A model generated the notes under the pieces. That model did not search any database. It was not told where the DNA came from and worked only from the letters and a program-made list of their open reading frames with translations. 64,000 nt of DNA from an uncultured Acidobacteriota bacterium. GTDB lineage: Bacteria > Acidobacteriota > Thermoanaerobaculia > Gp7-AA8. The stretch is taken from NCBI GenBank assembly GCA_963822445.1, contig CAWGHO010000001.1, forward strand, positions 1,088,001-1,152,000. The letters are read 5' to 3'. How positions within the stretch are numbered: the stretch's first letter is position 1; each line of letters starts with the position of its first letter. Positions 29,020 to 38,853 of the stretch are shown in pieces. The translations under genes and the position numbers were made by a program.

Positions 29020-30142
29020 CGTAGCTGCGCCGCATCTCGGTCATGGTGTCGCCGCCGAATTTCTCGCGCATCGCACCGGCCAGGACGATGGCCAGCATGG
29101 CTTCGCAGACGACGCCGCACGCCGGAACGGCGGTGACGTCGCTGCGCTCCCACTGCGAGCGATGTGCTTCCCGCGTCTCGATGTCGACGCTCGGAAGTCC
29201 GCGACGCAGAGTGGAAATCGGCTTCATGAACGCGCGAACGACGATGTCCTGCCCGTTGGTGACGCCGCCTTCGAGGCCGCCCGCACGATTGGTCTCGCGG
29301 TAGTACCGCCGCGTGTCATCGAAGTAGATCGCGTCATGAACTTCCGATCCGAGTCTGCGCGCGGCCGCGACCCCGTCGCCGACCGCAACGGCCTTGACCG
29401 CGTGAATGGAGAGGATGGCCTGGCCGATGCGGCCATCGAGCTTTTCGTTCCACTGAACATAGGAGCCGAGTCCGACGGGTACGCCGCGCGCGGCGATGAC
29501 GATCGTGCCGCCGAGGGTCTCGCCGGCTTCTTTGGCGCGGTCGACGGCGGCGATCATGTCCGCCTCGCTGTTGACCGCGCGCAACGGTGAGTCATCATCG
29601 ACGTCGAGGTCGTCCCAGGTCGGTGAGTACTCCGGATCGCCCGCGTCACCGACGGACACGACGCCGGAGCGGATCTCGATTCCGAACGCGCGCAGCAACT
29701 CCTTCGCGATCGCCCCCGCCGCCACCCGCCCCGCGGTCTCGCGGGCCGACGCGCGCTCGAGGATGTCGCGCAGATCGCGGCGGCCGTACTTCATCCCCCC
29801 CGCGAGATCGACATGCCCCGGCCGCGGTGCGTGGACGCGACGCTTGTGGGTCTCGGCTTCGTCGAGGTCCCACGGGTCCATCGCTTTCTGCCAGTTTTCA
29901 TGATCTTTATTGCGGATGACGATGGCGATGGGAGCGCCGATGGTCTCCCCGCCTCGGACCCCGCCGACGATTTCGGCTTCGTCGGATTCGATCTTCATGC
30001 GGCCGCCGCGGCCGTAGCCGTGCTGGCGCCTTCGCAGGTCGTCGTTGATCCTGGTTCTGTCGAGTCTCAGGCCCGCGGGGATGTTCTGCACGAGGATCGT
30101 GAGTTGGGGGCCGTGGGATTCGCCGGCTGTTGTGAAGTGCAT
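28988..30142 (-). CDS. aroC: Chorismate synthase
   Basis: TAGESHG, PRPGH, ERASARET, MKPISTL and RSD. Confidence 0.96.
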   Translation of the reverse strand: MHFTTAGESHGPQLTILVQNIPAGLRLDRTRINDDLRRRQHGYGRGGRMKIESDEAEIVGGVRGGETIGAPIAIVIRNKDHENWQKAMDPWDLDEAETHKRRVHAPRPGHVDLAGGMKYGRRDLRDILERASARETAGRVAAGAIAKELLRAFGIEIRSGVVSVGDAGDPEYSPTWDDLDVDDDSPLRAVNSEADMIAAVDRAKEAGETLGGTIVIAARGVPVGLGSYVQWNEKLDGRIGQAILSIHAVKAVAVGDGVAAARRLGSEVHDAIYFDDTRRYYRETNRAGGLEGGVTNGQDIVVRAFMKPISTLRRGLPSVDIETREAHRSQWERSDVTAVPACGVVCEAMLAIVLAGAMREKFGGDTMTEMRRSYDAYLDDLRRF

Positions 30143-30181
30143 TGGTTCGCTCGCTCACCCTCAACTCTATCCCGCCGAAAG

Positions 30182-30588
30182 TTTATCCCGCGCGAAGACG
30201 CGGGATCTCTCCGTGCACCGACGCAACTACTCCAACAAGCGCAGAGGATCCAGCCGCGACGAAAGATCCAACCAGTTCGGATTCATGGTTTGAATCAGCG
30301 CGACTCGTCGCGACCGATGCCACTTCTTGATTTCTTTCTCGCGCTTCGCGGCCGCGGTCATCGACCGCGCCACTTCGAAGTACACGAGCCGATCGAAGTG
30401 ATAGCGCGCTGTGAATCCGTTTGGATACGCGCCGGTCTTATGCTGCTCGAAGCGTTCGCGGAGATTCGTTGTGATGCCGCAATACAGCGTGTGGCTGACG
30501 TTCGAGACGATATAGACGAACGCGTGTCGCACGTGGCTACGTTCGTCGCGGTGTAACCGGGAGATCCCGCGTCTTCGCGCGGGATAAA
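30182..30588. mobile_element. Putative GIY-YIG element bounded by perfect 28-bp inverted repeats
   Basis: TTTATCCCGCGCGAAGACGCGGGATCTC at 30182-30209 and its reverse complement at 30561-30588. Confidence 0.7.
30227..30532 (-). CDS. GIY-YIG nuclease family protein
   Basis: VYIV...LYCGIT...R...H...FT...LVYFE...AxxREKEIKKW...NPNW. GTG start, 101 aa. Confidence 0.9.
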   Translation of the reverse strand: MRHAFVYIVSNVSHTLYCGITTNLRERFEQHKTGAYPNGFTARYHFDRLVYFEVARSMTAAAKREKEIKKWHRSRRVALIQTMNPNWLDLSSRLDPLRLLE

Positions 30589-31358
30589 GTGACGAAAACG
30601 AGAGCAAGCCCCGCGACCACCAGTAGCACAGAGATCACCTGCGCCACCGTAAACGACCCGAAAAACCGGTCATCCTTCGCCCGCACGATCTCGACGAGAA
30701 ACCTCTCGATCCCCAGCAAGATCATGAACAGCGCCCACGACAGCCCCCGCGGATGCGGCCGGCGGTTCAAAACCATGAGAACCGCGAACATGAGCAAAGC
30801 CGCGAAGGCCTCATACAACTGCGTCGGGTGCACCTTCAGCACCTGATACCCAGGGATCGAAGGATCGACGAAGACCCCGAACTCCCGCAGGGAATCGGCG
30901 GTCGTCGGCGGCGCACCTTTCGGAAAGGCCACGCCGACCCAGGCATCCGTCGGGCGGCCGTAATCGTCGCCGACCAGGAAGCAGCCGATGCGGCCGAGGG
31001 CGTAGCCGAGGGAGAGGGCGGGGGCGGCGGCGTCGGCGGCTTTGAGGTAATCGACGCGGGCGCGGAGGACCACGAACGACGCGGCCAGGAATCCGCCGAT
31101 CAGGCCTCCGTACCAGACCAGCCCGGCGCGGTCGAAGAGCAGGCGCCAGTCCTTGAAAAGAATCGCGTAGTAGATCTTCGCGCCGATGATCCCGCCCAGC
31201 GCGCCGGCGACGACGATCGACGAGGCCAGTTCCTCATCGATGCCTTGGCGCCGGAACTCCCGCGCCAGCACCCAGCCTCCGATCACGAAGGCGAGGAACA
31301 TCATCAACCCGAAGGTCGTGATCTCGAAGTTACCGACTTTTATTAGGGTTGGCCACAT
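30537..31358 (-). CDS. lgt: Prolipoprotein diacylglyceryl transferase
   Basis: GLVWYGG, LGRIGCF, HPTQLYE and RFxVE. Confidence 0.93.
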   Translation of the reverse strand: MWPTLIKVGNFEITTFGLMMFLAFVIGGWVLAREFRRQGIDEELASSIVVAGALGGIIGAKIYYAILFKDWRLLFDRAGLVWYGGLIGGFLAASFVVLRARVDYLKAADAAAPALSLGYALGRIGCFLVGDDYGRPTDAWVGVAFPKGAPPTTADSLREFGVFVDPSIPGYQVLKVHPTQLYEAFAALLMFAVLMVLNRRPHPRGLSWALFMILLGIERFLVEIVRAKDDRFFGSFTVAQVISVLLVVAGLALVFVTLSRAKTRDLPVTPRRT

Positions 31359-31370
31359 GCGGCGCGGAGC

Positions 31371-32504
31371 TTATACCGCGGCCTTCTCCAGGCTGGCCTT
31401 CTGATCGGAGATGAAGCGGAACACATCCACCTTCCCGGCCTGATCGAGATGCTGGGAGACCTCGAACAGTTGCACGGACAGCAGTGTGTTCAGCCCTTCA
31501 TCCAGCACGGCCTTCCGCCGCTCGAACGGCAGCTCGGAGATGTTGGCGATGAGCATGTTCTCGTCGAAGCGGCCGTACTGATCGAAGAACACGCCCGCCC
31601 ACAGCTCGTCCGTCTCCGCGTTCTGGAGGATGGTCATGAAGATGTCCCGGGCCTGGTCCTCGCCCACCTGCTTCTCCAGCGATTCGAAGAGGCGGCCGAA
31701 CATGTCGTTGTACGTGGAGATGACTTTGAGCAGCTCCGGCGAGTCCTCGACGTCGAGGAACACCGGGCGGAAGATCTTCTCCTCTTCCTTCACCACCTCG
31801 ATGAGCCGCGCGCTGAGGAGCTGAAAAAGGATGCGCGCCACCTCGAACTGGGTGAGCTCCGAGCGGCCGGTCAGCTCGCGCACATTCAGCTTTCCGTCGA
31901 TGTTCTTGTAAACCGCGATCTCCCCGTCATTCAGGTCCAGGCCCGCGAAATCGGGCACGCTGCCGTGGACCTTCGCGAAGACGATGTCGAGGTTCGGGAT
32001 CTTCTCGAGGATGTGCGCCGACTCGTCGAGGCGGCGGATGCCTTCCATGATCACGCTGGAGGTGTTGATCTGGAGGACGATCCTCTCCTGGGCCAGCTCC
32101 TCGTTCGAGTTGTAGAACGCGAACTCGCCGGCCTTCCAGCCGAAGAGCGAGTAGATGATCTCCAGGACCTGGTTCTTGACGCCCCACCAGAGGTCTTTCG
32201 GGGAGATGGCGCCCATCTGCACGAGCAGCTTGCCGTGGCGGACCTGCGGGGTGACGCGGCGCTTCGACTCCTCGTACTGCTCGCGCGTGATCTTGCCGTT
32301 GCGCAGCAGGAACTGGCCGAGGGAGTGCTCGGGGGAGTTCGAGCTGGCGAAGACGATCTCCCCTTCCTTCCAGTGGATCGTCCGCTCGAGCTCCCCGTTC
32401 TGCAGCTGGAGCTTGCCCGTCTCACGGATCATGGCCATGAAACTCAAGACGTCGGGCAACTGAATCTTCTTCAGATCCCCCTGAAGGATGGCTTTATCAG
32501 GCAT
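31371..32504 (-). CDS. DUF4388 domain-containing protein
   Basis: LQGDL...LPDVL...TGKL...GEIVFA...LGQFL...WKAGEFAF...MEGIRRLDE. Confidence 0.8.
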   Translation of the reverse strand: MPDKAILQGDLKKIQLPDVLSFMAMIRETGKLQLQNGELERTIHWKEGEIVFASSNSPEHSLGQFLLRNGKITREQYEESKRRVTPQVRHGKLLVQMGAISPKDLWWGVKNQVLEIIYSLFGWKAGEFAFYNSNEELAQERIVLQINTSSVIMEGIRRLDESAHILEKIPNLDIVFAKVHGSVPDFAGLDLNDGEIAVYKNIDGKLNVRELTGRSELTQFEVARILFQLLSARLIEVVKEEEKIFRPVFLDVEDSPELLKVISTYNDMFGRLFESLEKQVGEDQARDIFMTILQNAETDELWAGVFFDQYGRFDENMLIANISELPFERRKAVLDEGLNTLLSVQLFEVSQHLDQAGKVDVFRFISDQKASLEKAAV

Positions 32505-32567
32505 TTCGGACCAGTCGGTCACAACAATGCCATCGGAACCGGGTCGGGGCAAGAAGGATTTCTTGGG

Positions 32568-32603
32568 GGTTACGGGGTTGCGGGGTTACGAGGTTGCGGG
32601 GTT
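32568..32603. repeat. Single arm of the octamer tandem repeat
   Basis: GGTTACGG GGTTGCGG GGTTACGA GGTTGCGG. It contains the cysteine desulfurase stop codon. Confidence 0.75.
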
Positions 32604-33710
32604 CATTCGGCAGCGCGGCACCACTTCCGCCAGCAGTTCGAGCGCTCGACCGATCTCCGCTTCCGTCGTCATTCGCGAGAGTGAGAATCGGACGGTCGCG
32701 CGGGCTTCGTCCGGGGTCAGGCCCATGGCGATGAGCACCGGACTGGGTTCGACGCGCCCTGACGAACACGCCGAGCCGGTCGAGACGGCGACGCCGGCGA
32801 GGTCGAGGCCGATGACGATGCCTTCACCGTCGGCATCGGGGAAAGTCACGTTGCTCGTGTTCGGGACGCGGCGGGCGTCGCGGCCGTTGATCGTGCCCGG
32901 CACCTGCGACTCGAACCGGTCGCGCAAAGCGGCAACCCGCGAACGCGGCTCGGGATCGGCGGCCAGCGTCGCGGCGACTCCGAATGCTGCCGCGAGGGGC
33001 ACGTTCTCCGTGCCCGCGCGGCGCCGGCGCTCCTGCGCACCGCCCAGCAGATGCGACGACAGCGGGAGGCCTTTGCGGACGTACAACGCCCCGATGCCTT
33101 TCGGCGCATGCATCTTGTGCGCTGAAAGCGACAACGTGTCACAGTGGATCGACGCGACATCGACGTCGATCTTCCCCGCAGCCTGTACGGCATCGACATG
33201 AAAGTGAATGCCACGGCTGCGACAGGCGGCGCCGATCTCCTGGACCGGCTGCACGACGCCGGTCTCGTTGTTGGCCATCATCACCGCGACCAGCGCCGTG
33301 TTCTCGCGCAACGCCGCGATGACGTCCGACGCCGCGACGTCGCCGCGCCGTGAAGGCAGGATGCGCGTGACCTCGCAGCCTCGCTTCTCCAGCTCGCGAA
33401 CAGGCTCAGCAACAGAGGGATGCTCGATGGCCGTTGTCACGATGTGGAAACCATGACCCGCGGTGGACGCTCCAAAAATGGATGCGTTGTTAGACTCGGT
33501 TCCGCCGCTTGTGAACACGATCTCCCGTGCGGTCGCGCCGATCAGACGCGCGACCGCCTCGCGAGCGTCTTCAATGAGGCGGCGGGCAGTCTGGCCTTCT
33601 TTATGAATCGAGGACGCATTCCCAAAGACGTCGCGCAGAGACTCTTCCAGAACGAGGAGAACCTCCGGGTGGATCGGCGTCGTGGCGTTGTTGTCGAGAT
33701 AAATCCGCAT
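32586..33710 (-). CDS. Cysteine desulfurase (IscS/NifS group I)
   Basis: YLDNNATT, SGGTES, ANNETG, SAHKM, RAGTEN and STGSACSS. Confidence 0.93.
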   Translation of the reverse strand: MRIYLDNNATTPIHPEVLLVLEESLRDVFGNASSIHKEGQTARRLIEDAREAVARLIGATAREIVFTSGGTESNNASIFGASTAGHGFHIVTTAIEHPSVAEPVRELEKRGCEVTRILPSRRGDVAASDVIAALRENTALVAVMMANNETGVVQPVQEIGAACRSRGIHFHVDAVQAAGKIDVDVASIHCDTLSLSAHKMHAPKGIGALYVRKGLPLSSHLLGGAQERRRRAGTENVPLAAAFGVAATLAADPEPRSRVAALRDRFESQVPGTINGRDARRVPNTSNVTFPDADGEGIVIGLDLAGVAVSTGSACSSGRVEPSPVLIAMGLTPDEARATVRFSLSRMTTEAEIGRALELLAEVVPRCRMNPATS

Positions 33711-33724
33711 CGGTCAGGACACTC

Positions 33725-36352
33725 ATGAAGCGCATCGCGTTGGCTGTCGCAATGACGCTCGCGTACGCGGCGACCATTCTCGGTCAGAACCCGCCCGCCG
33801 CGCGCGATCCGAAACAGGACGAGGCAAAGAGCGAGACGCTGCGCAAGCTTTCCCGCCGCGAGCGCAAGGCCCGCATCAGCAAACTGGAGATCCGCTTCCA
33901 GGACTTTCTCACCGACGTCGAGCCGATCGCCCCTTCGTCGGAGATCGACGCTTTCCTGGCGCTGGAGAGCGACGCCCAGCGCGACTCGTTCGTCGACGAC
34001 TTCTGGCGCCGCCGCGAAGCATTGCAGGGCGTCCCGAACCAGTCGTTCCGCGACGTGTACTACCAGCGGCTCGACATCGCCAAGGAGCAGTTCAAGCGGA
34101 TCAATACCGACCGGGCGAAGATGTTTCTCATTCACGGCCCGCCGGCGAACGTCCTCAGGACCGACTGCCAGCGCCTCCTCCAGCCCTCGGAGATCTGGAC
34201 GTATCCGGAGATCAAGGGCCTGGGCACGAGCGTGAAGCTGCTCTTCTACAAGCCTCGCAATGAAGCGGAGTACAAGCTCTGGAATCCGCTCGGCGGATCG
34301 ATGGCCCTCAACGATCTGGTCACCCAGGAAGTGGCCGGGATGGGCGGCGCGGGCGATGCCGCATCGCGACGCACTTCGATTGGCTCGGGCAGTCCGTACA
34401 ACTACGTCAGCCGCATCCAGCTCGAATGCATCGCCGGCGCCGAGATTTTGAAGGCCCTCACCCAGATGGTGCAGGGGCGCGTCGATCTCCTGAAGGTGTT
34501 CGAGCCAACGCGCGGCGAAACCACTGACACCGCGCGCCTGCTGCGGTCCGCGGTCATCACCAATCCCGACGCGCCGAAGCTCACCGCCGACTTCAGCGTC
34601 CGCTTTCCCGCCAAGGACGGCAGCCGGACCGACGTGCAGATGATGCTGCTCGTGCCGCGCTCCGAGCTCTCGCCGGCCGAAGTGAACGGCACGGAGATCT
34701 ACACGATCGACGTCGCCGGCGAGGTGTTGAAGGAAGGGAAGCTCTGGGAGAAGTACCGCTACCGCTTCGACTTCCCCACGGACATGAAAGGCGATCATCT
34801 CCCGATCGTGATCGACCGCCTGCTGCGGCCGAACAGCTACACCTCGCGCATCAAGGTCGTCGACGCGAACGGCGGCGCGGAAGTCATCGTCGAGCGCGAG
34901 CTGGAAGTGCCGGAGATCTTCGTTCCGGAGTCCGCGGAAGCAATCGCGGAGACGAAAGCCACGGAGGCCAAACCCGTTGAGCCGGTGGCTCAACCGATCG
35001 AAGTACCGGTTCGATCCGCGAGCTTGCGCCTCATTCCGCCGCCGGAAGGCATCGTCAGCGGGATCAAGGCCTTCGAGACGCTCATCGAAGGCGACGAGAT
35101 CAAAGGCGTGGAGTTCTGGCTCGACGGCCGGAAGATCGCCGTCCGCCGCTCCGCCCCTTTCGCCGTCGACCTCGACCTCGGCGAAGTCCCGCAGATGCGC
35201 CGCATCCGCGCGGTCGGCATCGACGCGGCCGGTAAGGCCATCGCCGGCGACGACATCCGCGTCAACACCGGCACGGAGCCGTTTCGCGTACGCATCACTT
35301 CCCCTCGCATCGCGCCGCATGTCGTCGGACCGACGCGCGTGGAAATGGATGTGAGCGTTCCGGACAGCGAGGAGCTGGCGTCGCTCGAGCTGTACTGGAA
35401 CGAGCGACGGGTCGCCACGATGTACGACGCGCCGTTCGTGCAGACCATCGACATTCCTTCGACCGACGGCGTCGGCTATCTGCGGGCCGTGGCCACGCTC
35501 AAAGGCGACACGCTGCCGCCGATCGAAGACGTGGTCATGATCAACACGCCCGCGTACATGGAGGAGCTCGACGTCCATCTCATCGAGCTCCCGACCACGG
35601 TCCTCGTCGGCGGCAAGCCCACCAGCCATCTCACCGAAAAGGACTTCAAGGTCCTCGAGGACGGCAAGCCGGTGACGATCGCGAAGTTCGAGTACGTGAA
35701 GAACCTTCCCCTGTCGATCGGCATGGCCGTGGACACGTCGGGCTCGATGCAGTTCCGGATGGAAGAAGCGCAGAAAGCCGGCGCGACGTTCTTCCAGAAG
35801 GTGCTGAAGAAAGGCGACAAGGCCTTCCTCCTCGCGTTCGACGAAAAGCCGGAGATGGTGCAGCGCTGGTCGAGCAAGCTCGCCGACATGCACGCCGGCC
35901 TGGCGAAGCTGCGCTCGCAGGAAACCACCGCGCTGTACGACGCGATCGTGGAGTCGCTCTACAACTTCCAGAGCGTGCGCGGGCAGAAGGCGCTGGTCCT
36001 GATCTCGGACGGCAAGGACACCGCGTCGAAGTACACCTTCGATCAGGCCCTCGAATACGCGCGCCGGGCCGCGGTGCCGATTTACGCGATCGGCGTCGCC
36101 ATCCGCAGCAACGACCTCGATGTGCGGCAGAAGCTGTCGAAGCTGTGCTCCGAAACGGGCGGAACGGTCTACCACATCGAGCGCGCCGCGGATCTCGATC
36201 GGATCTACGACGACATCCAGACCGAGCTCCGCTCCCAATACATCCTCGGCTTCTATCCAACCATCGACGAGAAGAGCAGGAACAAGTGGCGCGAGGTGGA
36301 CGTGAAGGTGTCGGAAGGCAAGGCCAGGACGCTCAGGGGTTACTACCCATGA
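33725..36352 (+). CDS. Secreted GWxTD-like + Ig-like + VWA domain protein, paralog 1
   Basis: Signal peptide, FWRRR...TDRAKMFLIHGPP and a MIDAS DTSGS motif. Confidence 0.8.
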   Translation: MKRIALAVAMTLAYAATILGQNPPAARDPKQDEAKSETLRKLSRRERKARISKLEIRFQDFLTDVEPIAPSSEIDAFLALESDAQRDSFVDDFWRRREALQGVPNQSFRDVYYQRLDIAKEQFKRINTDRAKMFLIHGPPANVLRTDCQRLLQPSEIWTYPEIKGLGTSVKLLFYKPRNEAEYKLWNPLGGSMALNDLVTQEVAGMGGAGDAASRRTSIGSGSPYNYVSRIQLECIAGAEILKALTQMVQGRVDLLKVFEPTRGETTDTARLLRSAVITNPDAPKLTADFSVRFPAKDGSRTDVQMMLLVPRSELSPAEVNGTEIYTIDVAGEVLKEGKLWEKYRYRFDFPTDMKGDHLPIVIDRLLRPNSYTSRIKVVDANGGAEVIVERELEVPEIFVPESAEAIAETKATEAKPVEPVAQPIEVPVRSASLRLIPPPEGIVSGIKAFETLIEGDEIKGVEFWLDGRKIAVRRSAPFAVDLDLGEVPQMRRIRAVGIDAAGKAIAGDDIRVNTGTEPFRVRITSPRIAPHVVGPTRVEMDVSVPDSEELASLELYWNERRVATMYDAPFVQTIDIPSTDGVGYLRAVATLKGDTLPPIEDVVMINTPAYMEELDVHLIELPTTVLVGGKPTSHLTEKDFKVLEDGKPVTIAKFEYVKNLPLSIGMAVDTSGSMQFRMEEAQKAGATFFQKVLKKGDKAFLLAFDEKPEMVQRWSSKLADMHAGLAKLRSQETTALYDAIVESLYNFQSVRGQKALVLISDGKDTASKYTFDQALEYARRAAVPIYAIGVAIRSNDLDVRQKLSKLCSETGGTVYHIERAADLDRIYDDIQTELRSQYILGFYPTIDEKSRNKWREVDVKVSEGKARTLRGYYP

Positions 36353-38853
36353 AACGCGCGCTTCTTTTCGCACTCGCGCTTCTCACCGCCGCCCCCCTCC
36401 TCGCCGACGAGCCGAAGCCGCTCTCGCGCCGCGAGCGGAAAGACAAGGTCGCCGAGCTCAAGGACGCGTATCGCCAGTTCCTGATCGAGGTCGAGCCGAT
36501 CATCACCACCGCCGAGCGCGATACCTTCCTCCGCCTCGACACCGACCCCCAGCGCGAGACGTTCATCTCCGATTTCTGGCGCCGCCGCGACATCGCCGCC
36601 GGCACGACCAACGATTCCTACCGCAAGGAGTACTACGTCCGCCTCGAGGTCGTGAAAAACGACTTCGGCCAGATCTCGTCGGACCGCGGGAAGATGTATC
36701 TCGTCCACGGCGAGCCGGCGCAGATCGTCACCGTCACCAATTGCACGAACGTTCTCCAACCCGTTCAGGTCTGGGGATATCCCTATCTGCAGGGCTTCGG
36801 CCGCGACGTGCTGATCCTCTTCTACATCCCGCGGAATCAGCGCGATTACAAGTTGTGGCGGCCGATCCACGGCACCGGCATCGACGAGCTTCGTTCCGGC
36901 GATCTGATGCGCCGGAGTGCCGACGGTGATGGGGTGTCGTCGCAGGCGATTCTGCGGGACTGCCGCGACGGCGAGTTCATCCTCGCCGCGTTGAACCAGA
37001 TGAGTCAGAACGAGAGCAAGATTCTGCGGATCTTCGAGCCGCCGCCGATGAACGAGGAGGACGTCGATCGCATCCTCCGCTCGGTCGTGCTGACCGATCC
37101 GAAAGCGCCGAAGCTCACCGCGCAGGCAACGGTGGTGTATCCCTCCGGCGACGGAACCAAAACGGATGCGCAGATCCAGATCATCGTTCCCCGCGCACAA
37201 CTGAAGACGACCACCGCCGGCACCTCCTCGGTCTACACGATCGACGTCGTCGGCGAAGTGCTCCGCGACGAGAAGATGTGGGAGCGCTATCGCTATCGCT
37301 TCGATTTCCCCGGCGATATTCAGGACGAGAACCTGCCCATCGTCATCGATCGCATGCTCCGCCCGGCGACGTACAAGTCGCGGGTGAAGCTCACCGATCC
37401 GGTGACCGGCGCGCAGATCGTCCTGGAGAACGATCTCGTCGTTCCGGAAGTGGCGAAGGCCCAGACCGCCGAAGGCACGACGCTGAAGACCATCGCCGAG
37501 GATCTGCAGTCGACGCGGGCCACGCTGAAGATCATGCCCATCAACGAGGGGGTCGTCAGCGGCCTGCAGACCATCAACACGATGATCAGCGGCAGCGGCA
37601 TCAAGGCCGTCGAGTTCTGGCTCGATGGAAAGAAAGTCGCCACACGACGCGCGCCGCCGTACACGCTCGATCTCGACTTCGGCACAGTTCCGAGAGCACG
37701 CCGCATCCGCGTCGTCGCGCTCGACGCGCATGATCAGCTCATCACCGGCGACGAAGTCGTGGTCAACACCGGGAACGATCCGTTCCGCGTCCGCATCGTC
37801 TCGCCGCGTGTTGCGCCGAAACTCAGCGGACCGACCCGCGTCGAGGTGGAAGTCCGCGTTCCGGACGGCAAGCAGCTCGGAGCGGTCGAGCTGTACTGGA
37901 ACGAGCAGCGCGTGGCCACGATGTACGACCCGCCATTCGTGCAGACCGTGCACATTCCGTCGAAGGATGGCGTCGGCTACCTCCGCGCCGTGGCGATGCT
38001 GAAGGAAGAAGGCGTCGATCCGAGCGAGGACGTGGTCCTGGTCAATGCGCCCGACTACATGGAGACAGTGAACGTCCATCTGGTCGAGCTGCCGACGACG
38101 GTGCTGCGCGACGGCAAGCCGGTGCAGGGTCTGACCGAAACGGCCTTCAAGGTGCTCGACGAAGGGCAGCCGGTGAAGATCTCGAAGTTCGAGCATGTGA
38201 AAGACCTTTCGCTCTCCATCGGCATGGCCGTCGACACCTCGGGCTCGATGGAAGACAAGATGGCCGAAGCCCGGAACGCCGGCGCGGCGTTCTTCCAGAA
38301 TGTGTTGCGGAAGACGGACAAGGCGTTCGTGGTCGCGTTCGATTCACAGCCGCACCTGGTGCAGAAGTGGTCGAACGACATGTCGCAGATCCACTCCGGT
38401 CTGGCCAAGCTTCGCCCCGAGCAATCGACGGCTCTGTTCGACGCGATCGTCTACTCGCTCTACAACTTCCAGGGCGTGAAGGGGCAGAAAGCGCTGGTGC
38501 TTCTGACGGACGGCCGCGACACCGCCTCGAAATTCACCTTCCAGCAGGCCCTCGAGTACGCGCAGCGCGCCGCGGTGCCGATTTACGCGATCGCTCTCGG
38601 CATCCGCACGGCGGATCTCGATGCGCGCTCGAAGCTCAACAAGATCACCGCGGAGACCGGCGGCTCGGTGTACTACATCGAGACCGCCGACCAGTTGCAG
38701 AAGATCTACGACGACATCCAGAACGAGCTCCGCTCGCAGTACGTGCTGGGTTTCTACCCCGCGCCGGAAGTGAAAGCGGGCAGCAACTGGCGGCAGGTGA
38801 CGGTGCAGGTGGCCGAGGGGAAGGCGAAGACGATTCGGGGGTACTTCCCCTAA
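36349..38853 (+). CDS. Secreted GWxTD-like + Ig-like + VWA domain protein, paralog 2
   Basis: Collinear with paralog 1, with SDRGKMYLVHGEP, DTSGS and an ATGA overlap. Confidence 0.8.
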   Translation: MKRALLFALALLTAAPLLADEPKPLSRRERKDKVAELKDAYRQFLIEVEPIITTAERDTFLRLDTDPQRETFISDFWRRRDIAAGTTNDSYRKEYYVRLEVVKNDFGQISSDRGKMYLVHGEPAQIVTVTNCTNVLQPVQVWGYPYLQGFGRDVLILFYIPRNQRDYKLWRPIHGTGIDELRSGDLMRRSADGDGVSSQAILRDCRDGEFILAALNQMSQNESKILRIFEPPPMNEEDVDRILRSVVLTDPKAPKLTAQATVVYPSGDGTKTDAQIQIIVPRAQLKTTTAGTSSVYTIDVVGEVLRDEKMWERYRYRFDFPGDIQDENLPIVIDRMLRPATYKSRVKLTDPVTGAQIVLENDLVVPEVAKAQTAEGTTLKTIAEDLQSTRATLKIMPINEGVVSGLQTINTMISGSGIKAVEFWLDGKKVATRRAPPYTLDLDFGTVPRARRIRVVALDAHDQLITGDEVVVNTGNDPFRVRIVSPRVAPKLSGPTRVEVEVRVPDGKQLGAVELYWNEQRVATMYDPPFVQTVHIPSKDGVGYLRAVAMLKEEGVDPSEDVVLVNAPDYMETVNVHLVELPTTVLRDGKPVQGLTETAFKVLDEGQPVKISKFEHVKDLSLSIGMAVDTSGSMEDKMAEARNAGAAFFQNVLRKTDKAFVVAFDSQPHLVQKWSNDMSQIHSGLAKLRPEQSTALFDAIVYSLYNFQGVKGQKALVLLTDGRDTASKFTFQQALEYAQRAAVPIYAIALGIRTADLDARSKLNKITAETGGSVYYIETADQLQKIYDDIQNELRSQYVLGFYPAPEVKAGSNWRQVTVQVAEGKAKTIRGYFP

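Noticed and set aside
30227-30532. GIY-YIG gene as an intron homing endonuclease or defence system
   Set aside because: It is intergenic, single-domain and has no intron structure, methylase or defence neighbours.
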